DNA from: Macrostomum lignano
Taxonomy: Eukaryota
Direction of reading: 5' to 3'
DNA length: 64,000 nt
Assembly: GCA_002269645.1 (NCBI GenBank)
Contig: NIVC01000952.1
Location: forward strand, 400,967 to 464,966
A program made the position numbers and the translations under genes. Positions 44,701-56,735 of the stretch are shown piece by piece. Numbering within the stretch: position 1 is the stretch's first letter; each line of letters opens with the position of its first letter. The notes under the pieces are model-generated. The model saw only the letters and a program-made list of their open reading frames with translations. It was not told the origin of the DNA and did no database searches.

Positions 44701-47700
44701 CAATGCAAGAGACAAACGGTACAACGGTTCTGAGGATGAAAACAAAGGAGGTCGAGATGGACGATTAGACAAAAATAGAAAAAGCGATTTTCATGATGCG
44801 AGTTTCACGCACAGATCGAAAGACAAACATGATAGCGAATCTTGCAATGCTGGCGCCAAAGACAGAAGGTACGATGACTCACAGCTAACGAATTCTGGAG
44901 TCAAAGAAAGTCTCGACGGTGAATCTCATCCTACCAGTGCCAGAGACAAAAGTCGAAACAGACGGCACGGTGATACTCATGCTGTACTTGACAGTGACGG
45001 AGATGTAGACAATCCTTTTAACAGAACTGGCAGGCACGATTCACAGGATTTGAGTACGAGAGAAAGACCCTGTGTTGGACTCAATGCCGAATTTTATTCC
45101 CAAAGCACAAACGACGGCGACGAACGGTACAACGATTCTCAGCGTGTGCGTGGGAAACACAGGTTTAAGCCGGAATCGGAAGGTGAATCTCAGAGTAAAA
45201 GTGCAAAAGACGGAAGTGAAGATCTGCGAAATGACGACTCTCTCGCGGTCAGTGCCAGAGATCAAAGCCGCGACCGATGGTGCGACGACTCTCATCCTGC
45301 CAGTGCGAGAGACAGAAGTGAAGAAAGACGATACGACCCTCGACCTGTGGGCGAAATAGACGGACAGAGGGAAAAACTGGACGGATCTTTTGATTCGAGT
45401 GACAGAGACAGAAGTCAAGACAAACGGAACGAAGACTCTCATTCTTCCAGTTCCAGAGACAGGCGCCAGAGACAGGAGACAGGAGAAACGTCCGTACCTC
45501 GCTATACAAACGATGCTAAACAGCCTGCTGAGATGAGCCCAGGCGATTGGCGCAAAGGACAAGTTAAGCTTGACGCAAAGCCTGAAGCCGGCCATCAACC
45601 CAAGGACCAGTCAGTATCAGTGAGTCCTCGGCACCAGAGCAAGCCAAGTGGACAGAGTCTAAACGAAGCCGATAAGCCAGCTGCCGAAGTGGAATTCAAG
45701 TCTGGTGAAACGAATTCTCGGCTAGAAAGTCCCATTGCGCGACGTGACTCTACGAGGCAAGTCGACGCAAAGTCGCCAAGCCGCAGACGAGACACCAGTC
45801 GAGACAGTGATGGTCGGAGAAGCAGAAATGAAAAAATATCTGGAAAGTACTCTGGGCCTGTCAGCGCTAGCAGGCAGTTTGAAGGTGGGCATGAGAGTGA
45901 CATTGATAGAAGCGCCAGATACAGAGATGGAAGATCCACTCCAGATCTTGGCTTGCAAAGAACACCTCGAGGCAAACAACCTGGCAGTTCGGTAACAGAA
46001 GCTGGTGAACGGAAACCTCCGGGTGAACAGCCAAGTGCAGACAACAGAAGCGGGCAGAGCGGAACCGATTCGGACATTGATGCTGGCCAGAAACAAAAAT
46101 CTAGGCGCTCTTCGACAGCTTCTCCAGCAGGTTCTCACCCCGACAAACAGGGACAATTACAAAGCAGTGATCCATCAAGGAGCCGAACACGCGACTCTGA
46201 CGGAGATCGCTCCGAAAAGTCATCGAAGACAGCCAGAGCGGACAGTTTTGCGACGAAAGCAGCATCCACTAGCGACGGACAGCAAAGGAAGGGAAATTTG
46301 AAGTCCACGTCTGGTAAATTATCTAATGAAAGTTCCGCGAAGGATGATGGCCCAAGTATGGCAACTGCGTCCTTGAGTGCCGAAGTCGATCCCAGCAGTT
46401 CAACGTCGAAGCCGGCGCGAAGTCGGTCCGGCGGTTCCGTCAGTCCAGCCCGAAGAACTCGCTGGGAGGACGAGGAGCAGCTGAAAGCAGAGCGAGGCGA
46501 AGTGCCTGAAGACGCAGTTATCGCAGCGAGTCGAGACGATCTCAACGTCGGTGCTAGTGAACATCGACCTGATTTCACTCATCGATCTGACGCTGTTGAC
46601 TCGAGAAAACGTCCAGATTCAGGTGGAAAGACTGGTCTACGCAGCTTAGCTGACAGTGATCAGAGAGATTTTAGTAGCGATGCGGATGGTGATGCAGTCC
46701 ACGGTCAAGACCGTCCAAGTAGTAGAGGACGCGAAACAATGGCGAACTCAGAGAAGCTCAAAACATCCACAGAGGAATTGAACGACGCAATTCAACACGC
46801 GGATGCCATGGTTCGCAGGCATGGAGGTCGTGATGGAGGGACTGACAATTCATTGACGAAAGCAGATTTGAACCAATTAGGATCGAACTCAACTACATTC
46901 TCTGACGCTGAGACGTCCCCGAGAAGCAGTGCAGCCGACTCTGAGATGGCCAGCAAAATTTTAGGCAAAAGCATTGCTGGCGAGAACTCAGAAAAGCCCC
47001 AAAGTGATCCAAAAAAGCATAACAAAGGCCTAAGTGATCAAGACCCCGAAAGTCCCAGCGAGGCGTCCACTGTGCGTGGGGAACAAGCGCAACTCAGTGC
47101 TTTTGATTCGCCTTTGCAAGCCGTTTCGAACACGGGAAGAACCAGGAGGGACACGCAATTGGAGGACGATGATTCGAATTCACCAAGCATAAAAGGTCAA
47201 ACCGTGGATCGAGACCGCACAAGTGCTGGAGAAAGTTCAGCTGGGCTACGAAGTGACTCACCTGATCAGTCTGAAAGATCTGACAGCGCTGTTGAGAGGA
47301 GATTGAGCCCGACAGAAAGCTGGCAGAAATCTGCCAGATTGTCAACGGCAAGCGGAAAATCTCTTGATGACGCTGAAGTCTGCGATGGAGGTCAACAAAA
47401 TAAAGCCGAAAAGACAATGCTTGATGACGAGCTCGGAGTGTTGAAGTTAGTTGATTCAAAACCCGGATTTGATGGCCAACTGGATCCAACAAAGCGGGCG
47501 CAAATCCATGGCCAGAATGCGGGAACTGCGGGTTCTGAACCGGATACACTATTGGGGAAAACTGGTAAAGACGGGGCTCAACTACCAGGTGATAAGCAAC
47601 GAGTTGAAAGTACCACGGAATCGCATGCGCGAGATGAACGAAGATCAAGTGAATCAAGCGCATCGGATGCTGAAGTTGCTCGTCACGCTGCTGAAGACTC

Positions 47701-50700
47701 CAAGCAGAAGCCGCTGATTCGCTTGGAAGAGCCAACGGATTCCGCATCGTCGGGCGGTGATGCGCATCGCGGGAAGCCGAGTGGCGTTGGAGAAGGCTCA
47801 TCGAAGCAGCACGAGAACCGGCGCACACCTGAGCATGGCTGGAAAGAAGGCAGGAAGTCAGAGATGGAGCCTGACAATTATAAAAACGATTCTAATAAAG
47901 AAGAGAAAGACACCCGAGGCGGCGGCGAAAAGGGTAAATTTTCAGCGCAAGGAAAAATCAGTTCAAACGAAGAAACTTCCAGTGAGTCGATGCCGGATGC
48001 AGACACTAGCAGAGAGGGCAGGCCAGTGCGATCTCAGCCAGACTCCAAGGCTGCTCTGAACTCAGACAACCTCGCGACCTTTGCGAATAAACTCGACCAG
48101 ACGACCATCAAAGAGGCTCAACAGAGTCTGGAGCACCGGGTGCCAGTGACAGCGGTCAGTTGCGTCAGACAGCCCGACTTGGCGACAGCAGGCTCAATCA
48201 GCCAGGTGGAATTGACAGCAATAGAAGTCTAGACGATCAAATAGCACTATAATACCAGAGAGTAGAGTCGAAAGTTTACAGCAGATGGCTGCTGTTTTAG
48301 ATAAGGCAGCTTCTGGGCGAGCAAACCTGAAGCAAAGTGGTCCAACAGGACTGATGCCTCAAGAAGACAGATCTCCAGAGCTGCCAATTAGAGATAGCGG
48401 TGCTATTCGCGTTGAAGGAGAAACTTATTTTACTGATCAGTCCAGAACCGTCGTATCGCCAAGATCTCCATCCGGGCAGTCGGTTGGCGGGGAGTTCGGC
48501 ACTCATGCAGGATCGGGCATTCCCGTGCCGGTGAGGCGCCTGCAGCCTCGGTCTTCTAGCGCAGGACGAACCGAGCAGGAGCAGCCGCCCCCACAGCAGC
48601 CCGTCTCGCTAGCGTCTCCTCCAGTTCGCGGAACAAGTCCGTTTTCGACTGGCTCTGAACAATTTTTCTCTGGCTCAAAGATTCCAACGCGACTGAAATT
48701 CGAGCAAAAGAGCTCTTCAAAAGACAGTTACAGCAAAGACGCAACTGACGGAGTAGACCATTCCCAGAATAAAGCGGGAGATGATGCAGTAAATTCAGTC
48801 ACGACGGTAAGCTCAGCTGCAACTGTTCAAGGAGAGTTCGTTCAGGAAGATACTTGCATTAAAACCCGGATAAGCCAGCCTCCTGAAGAGTCGCTTAACT
48901 TTAGCATCGAGTTGGCGCCAGAGCAACGAGTTCGCACAGAGGTCCTGGGAGCCCAGGGCGATGCAAAGTCGTCAGAGAACACGCAAATACAATCGGCAAG
49001 ACAACAAGCGCTTGAACTTGGGCTTCGGGGCCAACAAAAACTCCTGCAAGGAACCGATGCGAGCGACAGTGCCAACAGGCCCCAAAGTCAATCTGCTGAT
49101 AATTCTTCCTCAGAAAATACATCCGAAGATAAATTCGACCGCCCACCTTCCTGGACTATAAAAGATCCCAGTGGAACATCATCCGGCAGGTCGGACGACT
49201 CTCCCAATGCCGATAGGAGCGACAGTCGAAGGCTACCCGGAGCTGGCAGGGACCAAATGAGCCAGAAGTTGGCCCAAGCAGACACCGATGCGATAGGTCA
49301 TGCAACACAACAGGAAATGTCAAAGAATTTTGATTCGCAACCTGTTGAAAGCAAGCAGAAAATTCCAAGCTCGGCTCATGGATCACAGCAAAAAAGCCCG
49401 AGCGAGAGTTACTTGCATCCGGACAATGCAGGAAATTTGGAAGAACCCGAGTACTCGGACAGCTTCACTGAGGACGTCTCCAATGACCGGACCGCCTCGG
49501 GGACTCACGACTCGGGCAAGAAGTCCAGCGAGTCCGGCCCGGATTCGATTCGGCACCGCCAGGAGTCCGCGGCAGAGAACACATTCCAACCGGCTGTGGC
49601 CGGCCAGAAGCCTGCAAATTTTTCCAGGAATCTCGACGCTGATGGAGAGCTAAGCCAGGCAGGCGGACGATCGGAGAGCAGCTTCGAGGCTGATGTGGAG
49701 CTATCGGATCCCAGCGCAGCCGGAGAGCACGCGGGTTCGTCGCTGTCTAGGCAGGAGCTGAAGGGCTCCCAGGGCTCCGGCAGGCAACCGCAGCAGCAGA
49801 GGACGCAGCAGCAGCATCCGGTTTACAGCAGCAGCCTCAGCAGCTCGGGCACTGTTAGTCCTAATGAAGTACTCAATGTGAAGCGCTCAACAGGTGAGAA
49901 ATTTATTAATGCGTGAAATGAAAAGGCATGCACTACCTACGCGTGCTTTCAAGCTCAGGCTGTCTCGTAAACGCAGCTGAAAAGTTTAAACTGTTCGGGC
50001 ACGACGGACCCATGGGTAGGACCCATAATCATATAAACCCTCAAGGCGTCGTCAGGAAGTATATGTGGGTTGGGGTTGAACGAACTGTCTCTGAGCTGAC
50101 AGCCACCCTCCTTTATGCAAAGACGATAAATATTTTATTTCTTATTTCAATGTTTTAAGAACGACCAACACAGCCGGGCAGCGCGTCGGCCGCAAGAGGG
50201 CCGGGCAAGGTGCGCGCTCGCAGCAGCTCCGAGTCGGAGATTTCCCAGCAGCACGAGCCGATCTTTGTTCGCATCGCAGTCAACGATCGGCGCAAACGCG
50301 ATGGCGTCCAGCTGTGTCGCAGCGTACCGAACCTCAGCAGCGTCAGCGGAGGCGGCGAAGACCTCGGCAGCCGGCAGCTGGAGCAGCTTGCACCACAACC
50401 GATGTCGCCTCCGACAGGAAGTCGCGACGCTTCCGATGCAACTTCCATGCTGACGCAGTCGGCGCCTCCAATCATGAACCCGGACATGCAGCAGCAGCGT
50501 CTGCTCCAGCAGGACCTGCGGAACACGCTGTCCGATTTGGACGACGAAGAGTTTGAAGCTTTTGTCACCGGCGTGGATCAGATCGTCAGCCAGATTCGAG
50601 CCGAGGCTGAGGAACCTAACGAGCAGCTGGAGCTGCCCGCGATCGATACTCGACTCCCTGATCCGGGCAGCAACCGCCTGTACTCCTCCGACTCCGAGGC

Positions 50701-52074
50701 CAACGACGTCTGCGGCACGCCTTCGCGGGCCAAGATCCTGAGCTCTTTGCGGGCGACTCGGCAGAATCGAAAAGCCGCGGCCGCAGCAGCCGGCACTGAA
50801 GGTTCCTCGACTGGTGCCTCAGCAAGCGATGCTGAAGGCTCCGGCGAAGGTGACCGACAGCGACCGCCTCGCCGCCGCCCGCCACAGCGCCGCTCCCAGT
50901 CCGCCACGAGTCGCTCTAGCGAAGCCCTTGGTGACAGCCGTCGCTCTAATCCGCTGCGTCGGAGGACGCCACAACCGTCGCCGATGAAGCCACCGGCTCC
51001 ACTGCCGTCGCAGCTGCCGCGGTTCAGCGTCCGAGTTAGGCCCGAAAACGGAGGCGAGACGGCCGAGGCCGAGTCGCATCGCCCACAACCGGTCACCGAC
51101 CCGACGCACGACGCGCTGATCGAGGCGGCCAAGCAGAAAGTTGCAAGGATCAGAGGTGAAGGCCGTCGAGCCGCATCAGGAGGGACCTCCTCTGAAGATG
51201 ACGACACTCTGAAGGACGAAACAGATGACAGCGAAGCAAAGGAAAGAGCAAAATCAAACGGAGGCAATCAAACTGACACGGAAATCTCGTCAAGTGTTCT
51301 ATCGGACGAAGCTGACAAACGTGCGGAGGCACCAAAGCCGACGGAAGCTGTCAAATCTCCCAAGGTCGAGGCCCGATCCACAGCCTCGGTGCTGCTCCCC
51401 GACATGCCGCGCATGGTCAGCGGGAAGTCAGTCGCGAGGGCGACTGTAACCCAGATGTCAGCCGCGGCTCAACCGTCGGAGTCTCGACAGCTGCGCCTGC
51501 CGCGGCGCGTCGGGCCCGACGGCTTCCTGAGCGACGGCAGCATCTTCTCGGACGATGACAATCTGCAGCGCCGTCGGCTAGCTGCCCGCGCGGGCCGGAT
51601 TCACCTGCTGGCGCTCGAGTCCTCCTTCGAGACGCTGTACGATCCGAGCCTGCAGCGCTCGGACGGTCTGTCAGTTGGCCGGGACTCGAGCCAGGACATC
51701 CGCCTGAGCAGCAGCTCGGCTTCGGAGAATGACGCGGCGGGAGAGCGTCGTTTGGGTCGGCAGCCGCTGGTGGATCTGCTCGAGGCCGCTGAGGCTCCAT
51801 CCAGTGGCGGCGACAACGGCGCCTCATCGTCGCCCAGCGCATCCGACGCAGAGGTTCTACGGGAGATGGAGCTTAGGTGAGGCTGGGTACGAGCGTAGCA
51901 CACTTGGGGCTTCAATTCGTTAATTTTTGCTTCCTGTAAAAGAGCGGATAAGAATCCCTTTAAGCCTCATGTGATTATTAATATTTTCGAAGAATGGACA
52001 CTCCTTTCTGCCTTAGGAAAGAAATTGAAGGCTCAAGGATTCCCGTAGAGTACTGTTATTTTCGAGCTCCATGA
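32756..52074 (+). CDS. Giant uncharacterised protein, ~4,380 aa: N-terminal coiled coil, polyQ, then a huge S/R/D-rich disordered region. 13 exons: 32756-32904, 35226-35466, 36324-36490, 37400-37544, 37808-37933, 38390-38515, 38764-39224, 39639-39751, ~39843-40152, 40228-~48154, 48282-49893, 50160-51876, 52017-52074
   Basis: Every junction has GT/AG and matching phase (13,152 nt in total). Heptad-like exons such as LKNENERLRLEIKELNDSLNNQTKKLDQL. The model joins supplied ORFs 40409-48232, 48285-49916 and 50210-51880. No catalytic domain recognised. The acceptor at 39843 and the donor at 48155 have in-phase alternatives. Confidence 0.8.
32930..33470. repeat. ~20-bp purine-rich degenerate minisatellite, intron 1
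   Basis: gggagaagtagagagagact units. Confidence 0.9.
34310..35075 (+). repeat. 21/22-bp minisatellite, intron 1, with AG|GT-containing units
   Basis: ttcccc(c)tgtcctaca(g/a)gtgac units. Confidence 0.95.
35495..36235. repeat. 20/21-bp minisatellite, intron 2
   Basis: ggggataaggggcgccatga units. Confidence 0.95.
36600..37380 (+). repeat. 37/38-bp minisatellite, ~20 copies, intron 3, preceded by (agcattat)n
   Basis: aatagaatggattgctaatctattcctcagacatgggg units. Confidence 0.95.
37538..37765 (+). repeat. 21-bp repeat x10 starting at the exon 4 donor
   Basis: gtgagctggtgatgg(t/g)gcagt every 21 bp from 37545 to 37734, with a decayed copy at 37755. Confidence 0.95.
37975..38335. repeat. 22-bp minisatellite, intron 5
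   Basis: ccccaattcgacatctagacat units. Confidence 0.95.
38545..38735. repeat. Decayed repeat with a tgttagac core, intron 6
   Basis: About ten ctgttagac(a) motifs with variable spacing. Confidence 0.7.
39360..39615 (+). repeat. 20-bp minisatellite containing GTGAGT, intron 7
   Basis: gtgagtcaga(c/a)tgggtca(g/t)a units. Confidence 0.9.
40571..40639 (+). repeat. PolyQ tract (23 Q) in the giant protein
   Basis: (CAG)3 followed by [(CAA)3 CAG]x5. Confidence 0.95.
42280..44700 (+). repeat. 51-bp coding repeat (17 aa, RDRSRDRRYDGSQPPSA and RDRSRERHKDDSHPPSA variants), ~45 units
   Basis: agagacagaagccgagacagacg.tatgacgg.tctcagcctcccagcgcg units, in frame within the giant exon. Confidence 0.95.
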
Positions 52075-52994
52075 CGCGTCTTCATTAAAAATCTCCTTTA
52101 TTAAAATTAAATTATTGTGTAACCACCTATCCCCGGATGATTCCAGAAACTCAAAGCACCAGTTGGAGCTGCTGCAAGAGGACTGAAAGCAACAGGTGTC
52201 ATAAACGGAGACAGGAAATGCATGCCTCGCTAGCCTCATATGCGTTATGCATGTACCTGCGTATCGTATTTGCACCGAGAACCAAACTTTTCCATGAAAA
52301 CTAATTCCAAACTTCAAAACACTCCACGACTTCCACATTTAGCCCGAAATTATTTTTCATCGCTTTTACTTTTGTTGAATTGGTTTCATCGTGAGTCTCG
52401 CGTCGCACAATAACACTTATTTGAACTGGTGCGAATTTGTTTTACCGCACTTTTTGCCAATTAAAAAACGCACTTTCAGCTACTCTTCCGCGCGAACTCT
52501 GCCTGGCTTTTGACAAGCCAGTCCGCATTGCGTACATTCCTATAGCTGGTTGACTTTGCAACTATCATGATACTATTTTTGAAACTTTTAATCAGATCTT
52601 TTCATCTGTAATTTGTTGGCGAAATAATATTTATCTTTGTTAACTTGCTCACTAAAAGTTTTATAAACAAATCTCTATAAATTTTTTACAATATTTTACA
52701 ATGTGTAATTTTTTAAATCGAATTTTACATCAATGCGAGATCAGCTGTTTGTTTAAATCAAAGTACACTCGAATCCGCTCCCGTCTCCGCGCTACGGAAT
52801 TAGGCCAAGTTCATCTGTTAACTGTTTCTAAGAAACAACTGTTTAATTTTACAATTATTAGCAGCTCGACTTGCTTAGAGTTGAAAATAATCAATGATAA
52901 GCATTCAGCATCCTGCGAGTGCATGTTGACTTTTGTTTGTCCAAACTATTGTCTTTTTGGACACAGTCAATATCCATCAAATCAGCGTTACCAT

Positions 52995-53385
52995 GGCTAG
53001 ACTAGGATCAGGACCACCAATACTAATTACTGGACTGGGATCAGGACCACCAATACTAATTACTGGACTGGGATCAGGACCACCAATACTAATGACTGGA
53101 CTGGGATCAGGACCACCAATACTAATGACTGGACTGGGATCAGGACCACCAATACTAATGACTGGACTGGGATCAGGACCACCAATACTAATTACTGGAC
53201 TGGGATCAGGACCACCAATACTAATGACTGGACTGGGATCAGGACTACCAATACTAATGACTGGACTGGGATCAGGACCACCAATACTAATGACTGGACT
53301 GGGATCAGGACTACCAATACTAATTACTGGACTAGGATCAGGACCACCAATACTAATGACTGGACTGGGATCAGGACCACCACGA
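52995..53385. repeat. 33-bp minisatellite, ~12 copies, between convergent gene ends
   Basis: ggactgggatcaggaccaccaatactaat(g/t)act units. Confidence 0.95.
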
Positions 53386-53683
53386 CAAACAGCCATAGGC
53401 TAAGACGGTACTAGCAGAGCAATTCAAAATCTCCACGCAGATGCCGAAAATCGTAGGTCTACAAAAGAAAAATAAACTGAATGGCTGCAAGAATTCGCTT
53501 AAATCACATTAGCGAATTTACAGTATTTTCACCTTATTTACAGTAGTTTATGCGCAAATATTTGCACAAACAGCCAGCACCAATATTTCGACCATGTATA
53601 GTTAATAAAACGAAACTGAATTGACTTTCGCAAAAGTTTAAAAATGTTTGCTAATCCCGAGGATCTTGACATGCGGGACGCTC

Positions 53684-55373
53684 TTAGACAACCACTTCGT
53701 AAATAATTCTTCTGGTCTGCCTCGGCACTGGCGGCGCCTCCTCAGCTGAATAGCATCGGCCATTGTCTGCAAGAAAATAGCAAATTCAAGTGCAGCCTCT
53801 GCTCCGCTCCACAATTCAAAGGATTGTTTGGTTACGCATGGTTACAGGCTAACAGTCACCCCAGTCCTGCCCTGCCCCTCCCCAAACTCTCATACCTCCA
53901 GCCAGTCAGTCACCCCAGTCCTGCCCCTCCCCACCCCTCATTCCTCCAGCCAGTCAGTCACCCCAGTCCTGCCCCTCCCCACCCCTCATTCCTCCAGCCA
54001 GTCAGTCACCCCAGTCCTGCCCCTCCCCAACCTCTCATACCTCCAGCCAGTCAGTCACCCCAGTCCTGCCCCTCCCCACCCCTCATTCCTCCAGTCAATC
54101 AGTCACTCCAGTCCTCTCCAATACCTTGATAGCCGCCCAGTGGAAAGTGACCACTTCGCATAGTGACAAACACGGCTGCGGTCCCAGCTAAAGGCGAAGA
54201 ATCCGATGGCGTGTCGTCGATTCCAGAAAATGAGGCTATATCGACTCCATTGAGACTTGGCGACACGTAAGCACATGGTCGCGACAGAAGCTGCTGTTGC
54301 TGCTGTTGCTGCAGCAAGCGCGAGTCCGAGTTATCTAACGGGCGCTGAGTCTGGGGCGACATGAGCGACGACCTGCGATCGCATATTATAAAAATAAATA
54401 AATCACTTTATTAGTTTTTGCCTCTTTTTCTGTAGTGTCAAAAGTGTTTTAAAGTGCTTCAGTGTTGTAGTTGTTGGCCAGAAGAAGAGTCTGCTGTGGT
54501 TTTTTGCTTATGAGCAAGATAGGAACACTTGCGCGGAAAGTCGCAACTAGTCCACTGGAGAGTCTTGGTGGGAAAAACTCTGCGGTAACAACCCCAGCTG
54601 GAAAAATCGGAAACCTTTTCGGCAGTGTGTAAAAGAGGCTCGGTTGAGGGTGAAGCTCTGTGGAAGAAGCTCGGTAGGAGAAGCTCGGTGGGAGAAGCTC
54701 TGTGGGAGAAGCTCTGTGGGAGAAGCTCGGTGGGAGAAGCTCTGTGGGAGAAGCTCTGTGGGAGAAGCTCTGTGGGAGAAGCTCTGTGGGAGAAGCTCGG
54801 TGGGAGAAGCTCTGTGGGAGAAGCTCTGTGGGAGAAGCTCGGTGGGAGAAGCTCTGTGGGAGAAGCTCTGTGGGAGAAGCTCTGTGGGAGAAGCTCTGTG
54901 GGAGAAGCTCTGTGGGAGAAGCTCGGTGGGAGAAGCTCGGTGGGAGAAGCTCTGTGGGAGAAGCTCTGTGGGAGAAGCTCTGTGGGAGAAGCTCTGTGGG
55001 AGAAGCTCTGTGGGAGAAGCTCGGTGGGAGAAGCTCGGTGGGAGAAGCTCTGTGGGAGAAGCTCTGTGGGAGAAGCTCTGTGGCAGTCAAGAGATGCCAA
55101 TATCAGGTCAAAGGTGTGACATGACAGTTCTAAAACGTATTACATAGTGCGTCATTAGAATCACATATCAGGGCTCTGTGAGAAAGGTGAATCAAACAGC
55201 TCAGCACGCCCTATAGCGCATAGATACTCACAGCTGAGTCACTGGGTCCCGCTCTGAGCCATGCACTTATACAGTCTTCGCTGCCGAAAGCAGAAGTACG
55301 CGAGCACCAGCAGCAGGGCCAGGATGAGGCCGGTACAGCAGCCCGCCACGCCGGCAATGGCCAGGTTGGACAC
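53684..55373 (-). CDS. 3' portion of an uncharacterised single-pass membrane protein (exons 55273-55373, 54125-54372, 53684-53766)
   Basis: TM helix VSNLAIAGVAGCCTGLILALLLVLAYFCF followed by RQRR. Phase-2 and phase-1 junctions join in frame to a tail with Q7, APPVP and the C-terminus RRIIYEVVV*. The 5' end is unresolved. Confidence 0.75.
53860..54115. repeat. ~48-bp minisatellite, ~5 copies, intronic
   Basis: ctccagccagtcagtcaccccagtcctgcccctccccacccctcattc units. Confidence 0.9.
54650..55085. repeat. 14-bp minisatellite, ~30 copies, intronic
   Basis: gggagaagctc(t/g)gt units. Confidence 0.95.
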
Positions 55374-56384
55374 CTGCGGCAGAGAGGCCACTGCCGGGAG
55401 GACAGCAGTTGATGAGAGAACACTCAGCAGGAGTTCTTGAAGTAAAAATAATCTGGTCTCTCAGAGCTCTGAAGAGAATCTGCACCCGGGGTACAAGTAA
55501 TTGATCTCAGCAACCTAATGAGCAGTTTACCAGAACAAGCGCCAAATAATTCGGTGGGAACAACCGAAGTTTCCCATGCAGGATCGTGTTTGGATTGTTT
55601 TCCAGTCTCAAAATTTAACATCTCTAACAAAATGGCTTAATCAACCTCAGGCAAACCACACGGTCACTCAAAGTTTGTCACTAGTTTGTCAATTTACTGG
55701 TAAAAATGCAAAGCTTAATTCCTTCAGTTGTTGAGTTGCAATTTGACACCAGCTAAACAGGCAGGAAGCTGCACTGCCCAAGCCAAGGTGCAAAAAGGCA
55801 GATGATTAGCATGCACTGTGCGCACTGCATCTGTGCCCTGCTGGTCTGACAGCAAGCTCGAAGCTCCACTGTGTTCGGATGTTCGAGGGGCCGGTGGGTC
55901 TCAGTCCTGATCATTAATTCGGTCCCTGAACTCGAGATGGTCGGGAGGGGCAGAGGGAGAAGGATTGGGATCGGGGATCGGGGCCTCACTAAAAACCCCA
56001 TCAATCAGGGATGGGCAGAGCTCAGACATTGAGTCGTGGGAAATGAGAACGGCGTGAGCTGGCAGGGATTTAAAAGCTTGATCACTCCGGCCTGCTTAAT
56101 CTATTGCATTCCCTTCTCCCAAACTCAGCCAAACCCTGCATAAGTGGCTGGGCATTGAATTATGCATGAAGCAGCCCGGGGGCCGGCCCCAGGCTAGCTG
56201 TGTATTATGCAATTGTGGAACAAAATGAGTTGCAAGCAGTCGTAAGTATTATATGAGCATTAATCTGGGAGAGACAAACAAATATGAAATGCTCTGACTG
56301 CCGATGATGCGCCTGCCTTGGCAACTGCTGCCGGAACTACGGATGATCAGCGTAAAGGACGTGGCTTCCAGCGTGTCATCCCGG

Positions 56385-56735
56385 CCGATTTTAGCGCCTC
56401 AATACCGGTTTTAAGGACTCAGCACTCGATTGTATAGCAACTCAGTACCCGATTTTAGCGACTTAATACCCGATTTTAGCGCCTCAATACCAGATTTTAG
56501 CGCTTCAATACCAGATTTTAGCGCTTCAATATCCGATTTTAGCGGCTCAATACCCGATTTTGGCGACTCAATACCAGATTTTAGGGTCTCAATACCCGAT
56601 TTTAGCGGCTCAATACCCGATTTTAGCGCCTCAATACCTGATTTTAGCGCCTCAATACCTGATTTTAGCGCCTCAATACCTAATTTTAGCGCCTCAATAC
56701 CAGATTTCAGCGCCTCAATACCAGATTTCAGCGCC
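56385..56735. repeat. 21-bp minisatellite
   Basis: gattttagcgcctcaatacc(c/a/t) units. Confidence 0.9.

Noticed and set aside
42221-44708. Alternative-frame and antisense ORFs up to 458 aa
   Set aside because: Shadows of the 51-bp coding repeat.
48230-48243. Stop-codon read-through linking the 2607-aa and 543-aa ORFs
   Set aside because: A second in-frame TAG follows within four codons and the next ORF is in a different frame; splicing explains the join.
52933-53403. 156-aa GLGSGPPILMT-repeat protein
   Set aside because: The ORF is just a 33-bp minisatellite with no unique domain or splice support.
56290-56390. Possible extra exon (GRDDTLEATSFTLIIRSSGSSCQGRRIIG) of the membrane-protein gene
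   Set aside because: No in-phase acceptor could be found and no consistent join to neighbouring exons.
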